Source: a virus (lineage: Duplodnaviria; Caudoviricetes). Taken from it: a DNA stretch of 64,000 nucleotides. Location of the stretch: positions 687 to 64,686 of the IMG/VR virus record IMGVR_UViG_2920277478_000005. The stretch is one strand, 5' to 3'. A program made the translations under genes and the position numbers. Under the pieces are notes generated by a model that was not told the DNA's origin, did no database searches, and was given only the letters and a program-made list of their open reading frames with translations. Positions within the stretch are counted from its first letter, which is position 1. Each line of letters opens with the position of its first letter. Of this stretch, positions 26,334-36,324 are shown one piece after another.

Positions 26334-27512
26334 TTAGTATCCGGCTTCGTCTTCGTACTCAGCCATAAGCTCCGGATGTGCTTCCCAGGCTTTTGCCAGT
26401 GCCATGTTATATGGCATGGAAGGATCTTTTTCAATCAAACCCTTTGCAATCGTATCGATTTTTCCTTCTGCTGCAGACTTCTTGACTGCAGCAGTTCCGC
26501 CAGAGAATGATTTACCGATTTCTCCGAACACTCCAGAGTTGTTGACCATTGCCACATTTCTGTCGAGAATGCTGATCATGTCATTGTAGGCAGTTCCGCC
26601 TGCACTTTTCAGTGTCTTCAAGGACTTAGCCAGTTCTTCCGGTTTCTCTCCAAGAACTTCGTACTTTTTAGCAACTGCATAAAGTTCTCTGTCTTCCGCT
26701 TCTTCCGCTCTTTTCTCGAGAGCTTCCAACTTTTCTCTCACAAGAGGATGCAGTCCTTTGTAAATATCATCGTCAGTATTTTGTTCTGGCGGTGTAAAAG
26801 ATTTCTTTGTATCTGTTTTCTTTTTAGCTCCTTCATCATCGAGAACGTCTGGATTTTCCTCTTTTTCGCATTTCTGCGGTGCTTTCTTCTCGATAGACGG
26901 ATCCTCGTTTGTCTCTACGGCAAACTTTTTGATAAGTTCATCATATGTCGCTCTTTCCTCAGCAGACATTTTTGACTTGTCGATTTTAATCATGTCTTCC
27001 AATTCTCCTTTCGTTTCTACGGATTTCTGAATGATTTCCTCCAGATTGCTATGTGCTTTCATAACCATAGGAAGATCTGTTTCGTCAGGTGCATCCAGAT
27101 TCTTTTTGATTTTTGCAGATGTTCCGCCAGCCCATCCGGGAATGTATTCCTTCATAGCTGTAGCGAACTGTTCAATGCTTGTATCCATTGCACTCTGCTT
27201 CCCGCTGCTGTCCAGTTCTGGGTCGCACAGGATTGAATTAAGTGAATTCTGCATGGCGTAACATACGGACCAGATTTCATCCCGGATTGCGTCCATGCTC
27301 ACAGCGTTGATCTGTTCATCGAAGGTTGTAGCTGATTTCTGCACTTCTCCGCTGATCCAGTTCAGGAATCGTTTAAACAGTCCGATCTCTGGGTCTGGTG
27401 TTTCCTCTGCTTTGTTCTTGCCTTTCAGCAGTTTAATGTCAGCTCTCTGATTTGCGCCTTCATCAACAAAATCTACTTTACCTACTTCCAGGCCTTTCAG
27501 TTTTGTTGCCAC
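26334..27512 (-). CDS. Putative scaffolding protein
   Basis: VDFVDEGANQ N-terminus, acidic coiled coil, upstream of capsid. Confidence 0.65.
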   Translation of the reverse strand: MATKLKGLEVGKVDFVDEGANQRADIKLLKGKNKAEETPDPEIGLFKRFLNWISGEVQKSATTFDEQINAVSMDAIRDEIWSVCYAMQNSLNSILCDPELDSSGKQSAMDTSIEQFATAMKEYIPGWAGGTSAKIKKNLDAPDETDLPMVMKAHSNLEEIIQKSVETKGELEDMIKIDKSKMSAEERATYDELIKKFAVETNEDPSIEKKAPQKCEKEENPDVLDDEGAKKKTDTKKSFTPPEQNTDDDIYKGLHPLVREKLEALEKRAEEAEDRELYAVAKKYEVLGEKPEELAKSLKTLKSAGGTAYNDMISILDRNVAMVNNSGVFGEIGKSFSGGTAAVKKSAAEGKIDTIAKGLIEKDPSMPYNMALAKAWEAHPELMAEYEDEAGY

Positions 27513-27541
27513 AATGCTTCCTCCTTTCGCTTTTATTTATC

Positions 27542-27563
27542 AAAAAAGCACCCTTTCGGATGC
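27542..27563 (-). terminator. Intrinsic terminator inside head module
   Basis: GCATCC-GAAA-GGGTGC-TTTTTT on minus strand. Confidence 0.75.
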
Positions 27564-27576
27564 CTATTGATCACAT

Positions 27577-28053
27577 TTATTTAATTCCGTGCCACGCTGT
27601 CTGAAGCAGAAATCCTAAAAGATACCAGATCTTATCCTTTATCTTCTTCATGCAGATTTCTTCTCCGAGCTGAGCATCTACACATGTAGATGTTTCAATG
27701 ATCTCAAAACCATTTCGAAGTACGCAACGAACCATTACCGTCTTATAACCTACGGTACTGGTTTTGGTGTAACTGATAAAATCATTCACCATGTGTTCTC
27801 CTATTAATACGCCAGATATCAGTTTCGGATCCTCTTGAACCTGCATATAAGACTGTTCGAACACATCTTTCGGAGACCAGCTGATATATCCATCCGGATA
27901 TTTAACTACATATCCCGGATTGCCATCATCTGAACCTCCAAACCTTCTTCTTGCTTCTTCAATGGTATCGCAGGCACCTGTTTTTAATGCCTGTGCTTCT
28001 GCAAGAGTTGCTTTTTCTGCCTCAACAAGCTTTGTTCCAATATACTTATTCAT
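27577..28053 (-). CDS. Two-domain protein: KYIGTK...SWSPK domain + N4 gp49/Sf6 gp66-like domain
   Basis: MNKYIGTK...GYVVKYPDGYISWSPKDVFE; VLRNGFEI...CVD...KIWYLLGFLL. Confidence 0.65.
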   Translation of the reverse strand: MNKYIGTKLVEAEKATLAEAQALKTGACDTIEEARRRFGGSDDGNPGYVVKYPDGYISWSPKDVFEQSYMQVQEDPKLISGVLIGEHMVNDFISYTKTSTVGYKTVMVRCVLRNGFEIIETSTCVDAQLGEEICMKKIKDKIWYLLGFLLQTAWHGIK

Positions 28054-28507
28054 TGTTTACTTCTACCCTTTCTGCTTTCCCTTCAATGGAGAACATGCTG
28101 TAAGTTCCATCTTTTACCTTCTCCCAAACATCCGCATCTGTAACCTGGAAGCCAATCCACCAGCCAACAGGGAGTGTACCTTCTGGGATTCCCATTGCCG
28201 CCATCTTCTCTTCCGTAAATACAACACTCTCGATCAGATAAGCAACCCCGCCTCTTTCGTGCATCTCTCCACCTTCCCGGTAGAGATCAACAAACTTGTA
28301 AGCGGCACTTTCAAGTTCATCAGGCTCTATGATGTCGCCCTGCCAGTCTTCCAGAGTTTCTCCATTCTCAGCAATGGCAACACTAGCCCAGCCGAATGCC
28401 TGCATTTTTTCATTATTTGTCTTCTTTACCTGGAACTTTCTTTTTGTTACCTCCGGCTTTCCAACCGGTTCGTCCCTTATTTTCATTATTTCATTGAATG
28501 TTTTCAT
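28046..28507 (-). CDS. XkdF-like putative prohead protease
   Basis: AFGWASVA...DWQGDII...GEMH...GWWIGF...MFSIEG. Confidence 0.85.
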   Translation of the reverse strand: MKTFNEIMKIRDEPVGKPEVTKRKFQVKKTNNEKMQAFGWASVAIAENGETLEDWQGDIIEPDELESAAYKFVDLYREGGEMHERGGVAYLIESVVFTEEKMAAMGIPEGTLPVGWWIGFQVTDADVWEKVKDGTYSMFSIEGKAERVEVNNE

Positions 28508-29438
28508 TTTTCACCCTCACATACTTCACCGCACATTTACAGCGCGGGTGTAATGGTGGAATAGACGTTGTGATTTCTCTCCTTCCGGATACCGTTTTGA
28601 ATTCATCATCCATTCCTATCTTAGTTCCTTCAAGAGCTGCACATGATGCGCAGACATGGCCGTTCAAAGCCGTTGACCACTCTTTTTCCATCTCCGGAAG
28701 GTTCCCTGCAGTTACCGATTCCCTCACAAAGGCATCTGCACCATGGTTATAGGCTTGCGCTATTTCCGATCTGGCTATAGTCTCTGCCCTATACCGTTGC
28801 TGTCTTTCTGCGTATTTCGAAGCAGCTTCCCTCGCTTTCCGCTCAATTGACTCAGGTTTCATTCTCGGATGATCTGTTGTCAGCCTTTCCTTGATGGAGT
28901 TGTAATATTTGAGATTCGCTGCAGCCTGTCTCTCTGTTAGTCCTATTGTCGGCCGGATATATCTTGCCGTTTCAGCACTGCTCATATTAAGAGATTCAGC
29001 TTCAGCAATCAGATACCGGATTGCGCCCACCTGCTCATTACAGCAATTTGTTATCAAATCTCCCGTATGATCAACAATCCAGCTTCGAACCCAGCTCTCA
29101 GAGCTTATTACATCTTCTGCTCCACAAAAGAGGGAATTGTTTTTCCACCCTTCAAGAAACGCTTGTTCCCATACAGGTGTCATTTTTTCTGACAGCATCT
29201 TCGAATAATCCTGGAACCATATATCAAAAAGGCTTTCCGGATCCGTTTCTCCTATTACGATTTCTCGCAGTTCTCTGTACAGCATGACTGCTGCCTGATC
29301 CTGCCAGAATCGAACAAGCCATCTTACTGGTTCATCCACATTCCCTTCAAGATAAACGTCAAGCGCATCCAGTACTCTCTGTGATTCTTCGCTTTTTTTA
29401 ACAGCCCTTGATCTTGGCCGTATTTTTCGCATCATCAA
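28491..29438 (-). CDS. Minor head protein (Mu gpF / SPP1 gp7-like)
   Basis: RAETIARSE...C..C...PPLHPRCKC. Confidence 0.88.
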   Translation of the reverse strand: MMMRKIRPRSRAVKKSEESQRVLDALDVYLEGNVDEPVRWLVRFWQDQAAVMLYRELREIVIGETDPESLFDIWFQDYSKMLSEKMTPVWEQAFLEGWKNNSLFCGAEDVISSESWVRSWIVDHTGDLITNCCNEQVGAIRYLIAEAESLNMSSAETARYIRPTIGLTERQAAANLKYYNSIKERLTTDHPRMKPESIERKAREAASKYAERQQRYRAETIARSEIAQAYNHGADAFVRESVTAGNLPEMEKEWSTALNGHVCASCAALEGTKIGMDDEFKTVSGRREITTSIPPLHPRCKCAVKYVRVKNENIQ

Positions 29439-29439
29439 A

Positions 29440-30825
29440 TCACCTGCCTAACCTTTTCTTGGCTTCCTCAGCATCTTGATTCTCTTCTGGATCCACCTCT
29501 GGTCCATCAGGTTCGTTTACTGTCTTTTCTGGTGCTCTGCGCTGCGCTTCTCGCCGTTCATCTTTTTCTCTGGAATCTGGAACTTCCGTTCTTTCCGGAA
29601 GGTTTGCTGCTTCCCTGACATAATCTTCCAATTCTTCGTCTGGTATCAGGATTCCTGTGCCAACCATATCTTTCAAGAATGTTGACAGTTTTGTAATATC
29701 TCTCTTATCAACATCGCCATGTGATAGCTGTGGATAATCTTCAATCCCATCGAAATGGGAACCATTGATATCTATCAACGAAGGAATGCCCTGGTTATTG
29801 AATGTCTCGCAAATAACATCTAAAAAAGCTCCGAGCGCAACAGAAAACAATTCTGTCTTGTCAGAGCTTAGTGCGAAGCTTCCAGTCTTTTCATGTCCAA
29901 GCATAATAAAATCTGCAAGGACTGTCTGGGCAATCTTCGTGTCATATCGGTTTATGATTGCGTTGGTATCGAACTGTCTTGTCCCTCCGGTGCTCAGAAG
30001 TTCTGCTTCGTATCCATGCGGAAGAACAAGCCCTTCAGATTCGTTTCTGCGAAGGTTCTTTACCATGGTAATAAGCGCTCCATTAATCTTAACCAATTCG
30101 GGATCTTGACTATCCCATATTTCTAAGCCTTCAGGAGCATGAATAACTGGCAGACCTGCAAGATCACGCTCAATTCCGATAGCTTCTATCTCCTGAATCC
30201 TTCTTTTGAAATACCAGGATCTGTACGCATTTCTCAAAATGCTCCGCCCCTCCGGATTATCTTTGGCACTTTCCGTTCGGAACAGCATTGCTTTACTGAT
30301 CGGAATAGTCAGCAGTCCGTAATCAGGAGGCGGCTGTTGTGTCATTCCTATGAGGTTATCATTATCATCGTATTCCCAGCGATATAACGTATCCTGTGCT
30401 CTCGGAGGAAGTTTCTGCCAGCCTATCAATCCATCAGAGTATTTGCTTGATGATCTCCGATTCTTTGTTTTACCCATTCGGCGCTTATATACAATCTCAT
30501 GGAAGCTCCAACCGTAAGGTAGGAATGACAGGATTTCCGAAATGGTATCTGTCCATGTGGCCTGCATGTCGTCCATACAGCTTTCAACAAACTCTGCAGC
30601 TTCTTTGTCTTTGGCACTGTCACCTCCCGGCTCTACATGCCACTCAACCTGCCGGATCATCATCTTAATTGCAAAAAGAATGGCTCCAACGGTATCGTCA
30701 TTCTTTTCCATTTCCTGAAATACTTTTATGCCACGCATTCCAGACAGTTCTGGAAGAAATTCCTCGTAAAACTGTCCTTCCCAGCGTTTCTGTCCAATCC
30801 GTCCATACTCTTTCATCTTCATCAC
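29440..30825 (-). CDS. Portal protein
   Basis: After terminase; NPEGRSILRNAYRSW...IERDLAGLP. Confidence 0.9.
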   Translation of the reverse strand: MMKMKEYGRIGQKRWEGQFYEEFLPELSGMRGIKVFQEMEKNDDTVGAILFAIKMMIRQVEWHVEPGGDSAKDKEAAEFVESCMDDMQATWTDTISEILSFLPYGWSFHEIVYKRRMGKTKNRRSSSKYSDGLIGWQKLPPRAQDTLYRWEYDDNDNLIGMTQQPPPDYGLLTIPISKAMLFRTESAKDNPEGRSILRNAYRSWYFKRRIQEIEAIGIERDLAGLPVIHAPEGLEIWDSQDPELVKINGALITMVKNLRRNESEGLVLPHGYEAELLSTGGTRQFDTNAIINRYDTKIAQTVLADFIMLGHEKTGSFALSSDKTELFSVALGAFLDVICETFNNQGIPSLIDINGSHFDGIEDYPQLSHGDVDKRDITKLSTFLKDMVGTGILIPDEELEDYVREAANLPERTEVPDSREKDERREAQRRAPEKTVNEPDGPEVDPEENQDAEEAKKRLGR

Positions 30826-30842
30826 CCCTCTTTCCGGCTATA

Positions 30843-32309
30843 TCAGCCCCAATAATTGTCTTTTGTCAGCTCCTGCAATTCTTTAACTCCAGGTGCTGTA
30901 CCTGTGTGTTTCTTGATCTTTCCGAGATACAATGCCAAAGCAAGAGCATCTGCCCGGTCAGGGGAATCAAGACCCCTTTTCTTCATTTCTTTTTTTGATT
31001 CGATTTCAAGCTTTCCGTTACTCGCCATTGTATATTTTCTGGAGGAAAGCTGGCCGATTGTCTGCTCATCGTCTTCAATTACAATCTGCTTGTTATCCAG
31101 AAGGTCTCGCATACTGGCCCACATGGCGGTGGTCAGGTTATTGTACCTTTCAGCTGCGTCTTTACCCGCTGCCGTATCGGTCTCAATCTTTTCTGCTGCA
31201 TTTATCGGAATAATCTGCATCTTGTGAAGCTTCTGTTCTTTCCGGACTTCCTTTAGTCGGTCGGTAACACCTCCACCAAGGCCGGTATCATCAATCTGTA
31301 CATACACCTTGCCTTCATACTTTGAATATTCTCTGTATATCTTCTTGAATTCCTTTACGATGTCACCTACAGTGGCCATCAGGTTCTGTCCTCGCCTGTT
31401 TCGGACTATTTTGCAATGACCATGATAATTACGATATATGATCGTTTCATCATCTCCGAAACGGGCCACATCCACCCCCAGTGATACAAACTGCATCCCG
31501 TCCGTATCATCAAGTTCTAGCAATTTGCTACTGCACTGCTCGATCAGGCTTAACGGAATAAATACATCATCTTCCTGATTCGGAAATTCTCCACGGACAC
31601 GGACACGCACTACGTTTGAATCCCATCCATACTTCCTTATGAGCGAATCAATATTTTCTTTGTTTGTTCTGCTGCTGTCTGCAGATGATACAGTGTGGCA
31701 TTTATACAGTGCCCTGTCTCTGGTATGTGAATCATAAAATGTTCCAGATGTTCGTGTTGGGTTTCCGCACAGAAGAAGTTTATTGTTTGCTCCAGATAAG
31801 GTACCAAGGATAGCCTCCATGATCGGATCCGCAACACCGGAAGCTTCATCAACGATAAAAAGCATGTTATCTTCATGGAAGCCTTGCATGTTCTCTGGCT
31901 TTGTAGCAGTCCTGGCAACACCAAACCAACGCTTTTCATTGCCGACCATATAAACATAGGTCTTTGTCCATTTCAGAAGCATGGAGAGCAACTCAGACTT
32001 GCTCATCCACTTAGAAATCTCAGACCAGAGGACATCGTGCAACTGCTGTTTGGTTGGTGCTGTCGCAACGATTCTTGGATATGGGAAACAGGTAATAAAC
32101 CACAGGAACACTGCTGCCTCAAGACCAGTCTTTCCTACACCCTGTCCAGATTTAATACTGACCTTCGGGTTTGCCGCCAAATCTCTTGCAGCTTCCGCCT
32201 GCCATTCATCAGGTTCAAAGCTGAGCACCTCCCGGAAGAACATAACCGGATCATTTCGCCACAGCGGTATGCTTTCATCAAGGAATTCAGAGAACTGAAT
32301 ATCATCCAT
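30843..32309 (-). CDS. Terminase large subunit
   Basis: SGQGVGKT Walker A, IVDEASG Walker B, GVDVARFGDD and SPDRADA nuclease motifs. Confidence 0.95.
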   Translation of the reverse strand: MDDIQFSEFLDESIPLWRNDPVMFFREVLSFEPDEWQAEAARDLAANPKVSIKSGQGVGKTGLEAAVFLWFITCFPYPRIVATAPTKQQLHDVLWSEISKWMSKSELLSMLLKWTKTYVYMVGNEKRWFGVARTATKPENMQGFHEDNMLFIVDEASGVADPIMEAILGTLSGANNKLLLCGNPTRTSGTFYDSHTRDRALYKCHTVSSADSSRTNKENIDSLIRKYGWDSNVVRVRVRGEFPNQEDDVFIPLSLIEQCSSKLLELDDTDGMQFVSLGVDVARFGDDETIIYRNYHGHCKIVRNRRGQNLMATVGDIVKEFKKIYREYSKYEGKVYVQIDDTGLGGGVTDRLKEVRKEQKLHKMQIIPINAAEKIETDTAAGKDAAERYNNLTTAMWASMRDLLDNKQIVIEDDEQTIGQLSSRKYTMASNGKLEIESKKEMKKRGLDSPDRADALALALYLGKIKKHTGTAPGVKELQELTKDNYWG

Positions 32310-33102
32310 CTTTGTTCTCTCCTTCCCTTGCTTTTACCACAGCTTCGGCCCATGCACGAACAACCTCATTGCCCTTGCTTTCTCCAGCTATCTTCTGCTT
32401 TTCAAGTCTCAGCTTCGCAAGTGCTTCAATAGCCTTGGTCTTCTTTGACTGTACAGTTGACAGCTCTTTTTCAAGTCTGGCAATCATATTGTCCTTGTTT
32501 TCCATTGTGGTTTGCATGTTATACATATCTCCCGGCAGACGTTCTTCAGCAGATATTTTCTTCTCTATGCGTTCTTCATAGAGATGCTTATCCTCTTCTG
32601 TTTTGAATGTCCTTTTGCTTTCGCTTCGGTTGAATCCATACAGGGATACTTCACCTTTCATGTTCCGGTATTTATTGATTGCAATCATGATCCTTCTTTC
32701 CCTCACGGCAAAGAGCTGAATCTGTTCGATCAGGAGCATTTCTTCATCCATCGGGATATCTTCGATCATATCTTTTTCAGACTCATCAAGGACATCCCAA
32801 TATACAGAGGAATATGCTCCGTGTTTCTCTGCAATCTTATCTCCCGGTTTCAGTGGACCGCCTTTATTTCCAACTGCATTTCTGTTTCCAGGCTGTCCAC
32901 CTTTATGGCGAGCGTTCGTTTTTTTCTTTTGCGAACGTTCGTTTTTCTTTCCTTTTGTCTTTCCGTCCCAATTCTGTGTTGATTTCCACCGCCGAACTGT
33001 GCTGGCCGGGACGTCCAACTTCTTGGCAATGTCAACAAGTTTCATCCCGTTCTTATACATTTCCTCAGCTTCAATGCTGTTGGGACTTCTTGCCCTTGCC
33101 AA
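32302..33102 (-). CDS. Terminase small subunit
   Basis: MARARSP...HTH...GGQPGNRNA...KHGAYS. Confidence 0.88.
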   Translation of the reverse strand: MARARSPNSIEAEEMYKNGMKLVDIAKKLDVPASTVRRWKSTQNWDGKTKGKKNERSQKKKTNARHKGGQPGNRNAVGNKGGPLKPGDKIAEKHGAYSSVYWDVLDESEKDMIEDIPMDEEMLLIEQIQLFAVRERRIMIAINKYRNMKGEVSLYGFNRSESKRTFKTEEDKHLYEERIEKKISAEERLPGDMYNMQTTMENKDNMIARLEKELSTVQSKKTKAIEALAKLRLEKQKIAGESKGNEVVRAWAEAVVKAREGENKDG

Positions 33103-33142
33103 TGGACACCCCTCCCCTCCATCATCTTATTTCGGCATATGC

Positions 33143-33170
33143 AAAAGGGAGAGGTTGCACTCCCTCTCCC
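33143..33170 (-). terminator. Putative terminator closing the accessory operon
   Basis: GGGAGAGG-N8-CCTCTCCC-TTTT on minus strand. Confidence 0.55.
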
Positions 33171-33201
33171 CGCTTTCTGTTCTATATATCGTAGAACAAT
33201 A

Positions 33202-33723
33202 TTAAATTTTTGTGATAAATTCAGCTTTTGAATAGCCTGTCACCCCTTTTGTCATCATCTTCAAAAAGTCTTCTTTTGAGAAATCAGACAATCGGAAGAT
33301 CTCTTCCGGCCTCATTCCAAGCTGTTTGCTTATTTCTTCTACGGTTTTGCCATCGTCCATAAGTTCTTTAATGATTTTTTTCATCGGTTCGAGCAAATGT
33401 GTACCTCTTGCCCTGTTATGCGTGACAGTACCGTAAATATCCTCTGAATGCTCCTTGTGCTCCACAACAACCACCGGTACTTTTCCGTCGAGTTTAGAAC
33501 GTAATGGTTCCATTCCTGCGACCGTCCATCTGTGGAATCCGTCAATAATGGTCATGTCGGGACGAACAACAATAGGAAGTGTCCATCCGTTTGTGAGAAT
33601 AGATTGTATGAGCAGTTTCAGATTCTCTTTCGAAACTTTGTTCGGGTTGTAGTCATTTGGCTTTAATGAATCCCTGTTTACCCATTGCAAGGTAGATAAT
33701 GGTGCTGATAATTTATTATCCAT
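33202..33723 (-). CDS. ParB/Srx-fold protein, IbrB-like
   Basis: LKPNDYNPN, GWTLPIVV, IIDGFHRW, TVTHNRARG. Confidence 0.85.
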   Translation of the reverse strand: MDNKLSAPLSTLQWVNRDSLKPNDYNPNKVSKENLKLLIQSILTNGWTLPIVVRPDMTIIDGFHRWTVAGMEPLRSKLDGKVPVVVVEHKEHSEDIYGTVTHNRARGTHLLEPMKKIIKELMDDGKTVEEISKQLGMRPEEIFRLSDFSKEDFLKMMTKGVTGYSKAEFITKI

Positions 33724-34858
33724 GTCGTTCTCCTTTCTTCGCATCACTGATGTAACGTCCATATATTCTCTGGTACAATGCCCGGAATGCCCTCATTTTG
33801 GGATCACCGGATATCAGTCCTTCGTATATATGCTTATAATCTGCATCTGTTGCTATGGCTGATACCGACATAAAGAAGTTGCGGTATCGTTCTGCCACAT
33901 GCCTTTTATGCGGAGTATCAAAGAATACGTCCATGTGGTTAAATAAATAAATCAGCTCCTGCCGATAATCTTTCTGTTCCTGCCCTTTTTCAGCTTCTTT
34001 CCTTTTTCTGGAGCTTCGGCCGAACATCTCGCTGTCCCAGTACAGGGCTGCAAGATAGGCATTTGGTTCTCTCCGAATGATCCTCTCCATGAGGTCCGGA
34101 TAATATTCATTCATCTTCACGAGGCTTCTGGCCGTATCAACAGAAAAGAACTGAGATACTCTCATCTGCCTCTTGCTTGAACCAGACTGCCAGAGAAACA
34201 GATATATCTCCGGGATATCGACATGGTTTCTCAGAAGAAACAGCCATACATCATTATCTGTCCAGTCATAGATCGGAAATACCTGCTTTTTCGCAGTCAT
34301 TTTGTTCCCTGCTTTTGTCATTGATGCAATATTCTGAAGCCTCTGCACCGACTCTGCAGTTCGGATTCCAACCATTGTAATGCCTGACACAGTTGTTCTT
34401 GGCAGAAAATCCTGATAAGCATCGATCCTCGGCCGTAACAGCCTGTGGTTCCTTATTGCAAAGGAAGGTGGCTGCCGTACCCAGACATCCTGTTTTGTGG
34501 AATCCCAGCAGATAAAGGTTTCATCGTTCGACAGTTCATTGAAGCAGTTGAAGTGTTTTACTTCCACGCAAAACCATTCGAACTTCGCCCCCATCATCAT
34601 AAAGATGCGGCGCCATTTTCTTGTCATATCTTCCATGCACGGAAATATTGCTTCTTCATCTATGAACTGTACGGTAAGCTGCTTCATATTGATCTCGCCT
34701 CGGTTGGCCAGATTCACCATCAGCTGTGCCACACACAAGCTGTCTTTTCCGCCACTGAAGGAAAAGAACACTGGCAGGCCATTTCCAAATACATTTTTTA
34801 TTCGGATTTCCGCAGCCCTCACAACATCAATGTTTGATTCGCAGCGTTTTACAGCCAT
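33716..34858 (-). CDS. PAPS-reductase-family PP-loop protein, IbrA-like
   Basis: FSFSGGKDS, FIDEE, VGIRTAESVQR, FPIYDW. Confidence 0.88.
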   Translation of the reverse strand: MAVKRCESNIDVVRAAEIRIKNVFGNGLPVFFSFSGGKDSLCVAQLMVNLANRGEINMKQLTVQFIDEEAIFPCMEDMTRKWRRIFMMMGAKFEWFCVEVKHFNCFNELSNDETFICWDSTKQDVWVRQPPSFAIRNHRLLRPRIDAYQDFLPRTTVSGITMVGIRTAESVQRLQNIASMTKAGNKMTAKKQVFPIYDWTDNDVWLFLLRNHVDIPEIYLFLWQSGSSKRQMRVSQFFSVDTARSLVKMNEYYPDLMERIIRREPNAYLAALYWDSEMFGRSSRKRKEAEKGQEQKDYRQELIYLFNHMDVFFDTPHKRHVAERYRNFFMSVSAIATDADYKHIYEGLISGDPKMRAFRALYQRIYGRYISDAKKGERHG

Positions 34859-35514
34859 ATTTTCTCACCGCATTTAGGGCAGACAACAAACCTTCTGGTC
34901 TCTGTGATCTCCGGTTCTGTTTCAGTGGTACTCTGTCCTTCTGCTGTCGAATTATCCGAAGTGTTCGGCTTTTCCGAACTGTTCTCCGAATTATTGTCCG
35001 GTGTTTCTTCTGGCGTTGCTTTCTGCCCTCTCTTTTCATTTGCCTCTTTCATCTTCTGAATCTCAGATTCATCCAATGTGCCGTACTCCGAGAGCTTGTC
35101 AGTCACTTCATCTGCATCAGCGACCATCTGCTGTAAAATTTCTTCATCATATCCAGGGATATCCAGATCCCCCTGCAGTTCCTCAAGGAACTCATTCAGG
35201 GTTTCCAGATTGTCAATTCCAAGAGCATAGGTCTTATTATCTGCTATCATAAGCTTCTTCTTATCATTCTCTGAAAGCCCCGTCTTTACATATACGGTTG
35301 CTTCCTGATATCCAAGGCTTACCATAGCTTCGTATAAGCCGTTGCCGATCAAGATCGTATCGTCTTCATCCACAACAATTGCTCTGGTCTGTCCAAACTT
35401 TTCAAGGGAGCGTTTCAGCTCTCTGATCTGCTGTTCGGAATGTATTCTAACGTTTTTCTTGGGATGTTTAAGGGCATCCAGCCTTTTTGTAGTAACGTTC
35501 ATTTTGTCCTCCAT
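34849..35514 (-). CDS. ParB/Srx-fold protein with C-terminal CPKC
   Basis: KNVRIH...SLEKFGQTRAIVVDE...IGNG...MIADNK. Confidence 0.85.
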   Translation of the reverse strand: MEDKMNVTTKRLDALKHPKKNVRIHSEQQIRELKRSLEKFGQTRAIVVDEDDTILIGNGLYEAMVSLGYQEATVYVKTGLSENDKKKLMIADNKTYALGIDNLETLNEFLEELQGDLDIPGYDEEILQQMVADADEVTDKLSEYGTLDESEIQKMKEANEKRGQKATPEETPDNNSENSSEKPNTSDNSTAEGQSTTETEPEITETRRFVVCPKCGEKIWL

Positions 35515-35547
35515 TTCTGAAGGGCAATGGCTTCCGGCTGCAACCGG

Positions 35548-36324
35548 CTATTTGATAGCTTTTAAAAATTCTCTGGCTCCATCGAAATGCTGTGCTGCAT
35601 TTTCAACTATGGTCTGATCAATGTCGTAAATTTCTTTCCAGCCCTGCTGTTCTGTCTCCATGTACTGTCTGGCAGGCCATGGATGTGTACCGCATAAATA
35701 TCCTTTCTCCCAGTCATATATGGGCGGGAGCTTCACATCATAATAGTGAATGTATGCAAGGATATCTTCGTGCCTCCACTCTGCAAGAGGGCTGTATCTG
35801 GTGATTCCGGCTGAATTAGTGTAAATATTATCTTTTCCAACATAATTGCCGTCTGCCTTTCTGCGTCCGAGCAGAAGTATTTCCAGCTGATGCTCTTTAT
35901 AATATCGTGCCTGTCCCCTGTGCTGTACGATATGGAACCACTGTGCTGCCTTATTGCTTTTATCCGGGAACAACATATCCGGATGCTTTTTCAGCCATTC
36001 CATATCCTGTCCGGTATTGATAACCTCAAGGCCAGAAGGTTTATTCTGCTCTATCCATGCAATAAATGCCGGATATTCCAGATTGCACCTTACAAGGACG
36101 CTCTGATCAATGCCGGCTTTCTCGCATATCTCTCCAAGTACCAGGGAGTCTTTTCCCGCACTCCATGCATAGGCTGCCTTTTTCCCTTTGCATTTCTCTT
36201 TGATGTCTTTCACTGTCTTTTTCACAAGGGAATCCAGTTCTTTCTTTGACACCGTCTCTTCAATGTGATCAAGCGCATTCTTCCAATCTTCATTATTTCG
36301 AACGGATTGTTTTCTACCGAGCAT
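35548..36324 (-). CDS. Second PP-loop (PAPS-reductase-like) protein
   Basis: AYAWSAGKDS, LLGRRKADGN, YSPLAEW. Confidence 0.8.
   Translation of the reverse strand: MLGRKQSVRNNEDWKNALDHIEETVSKKELDSLVKKTVKDIKEKCKGKKAAYAWSAGKDSLVLGEICEKAGIDQSVLVRCNLEYPAFIAWIEQNKPSGLEVINTGQDMEWLKKHPDMLFPDKSNKAAQWFHIVQHRGQARYYKEHQLEILLLGRRKADGNYVGKDNIYTNSAGITRYSPLAEWRHEDILAYIHYYDVKLPPIYDWEKGYLCGTHPWPARQYMETEQQGWKEIYDIDQTIVENAAQHFDGAREFLKAIK

Noticed and set aside
33202-35514. ParB proteins as a plasmid partition system
   Set aside because: No ParA, no HTH/parS-binding domain evident, and the phage has an integrase.
35525-35550. CCGG-TTGCAG-CCGG hairpin resembling the one at 753-782
   Set aside because: Short stem with only the loop shared; could be chance.
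33716-36324. PAPS reductases as sulfate-assimilation auxiliary metabolic genes
   Set aside because: No catalytic ECG tail or Fe-S cysteine pattern and no other cys genes; ParB partners point to IbrAB/Dnd-like roles.
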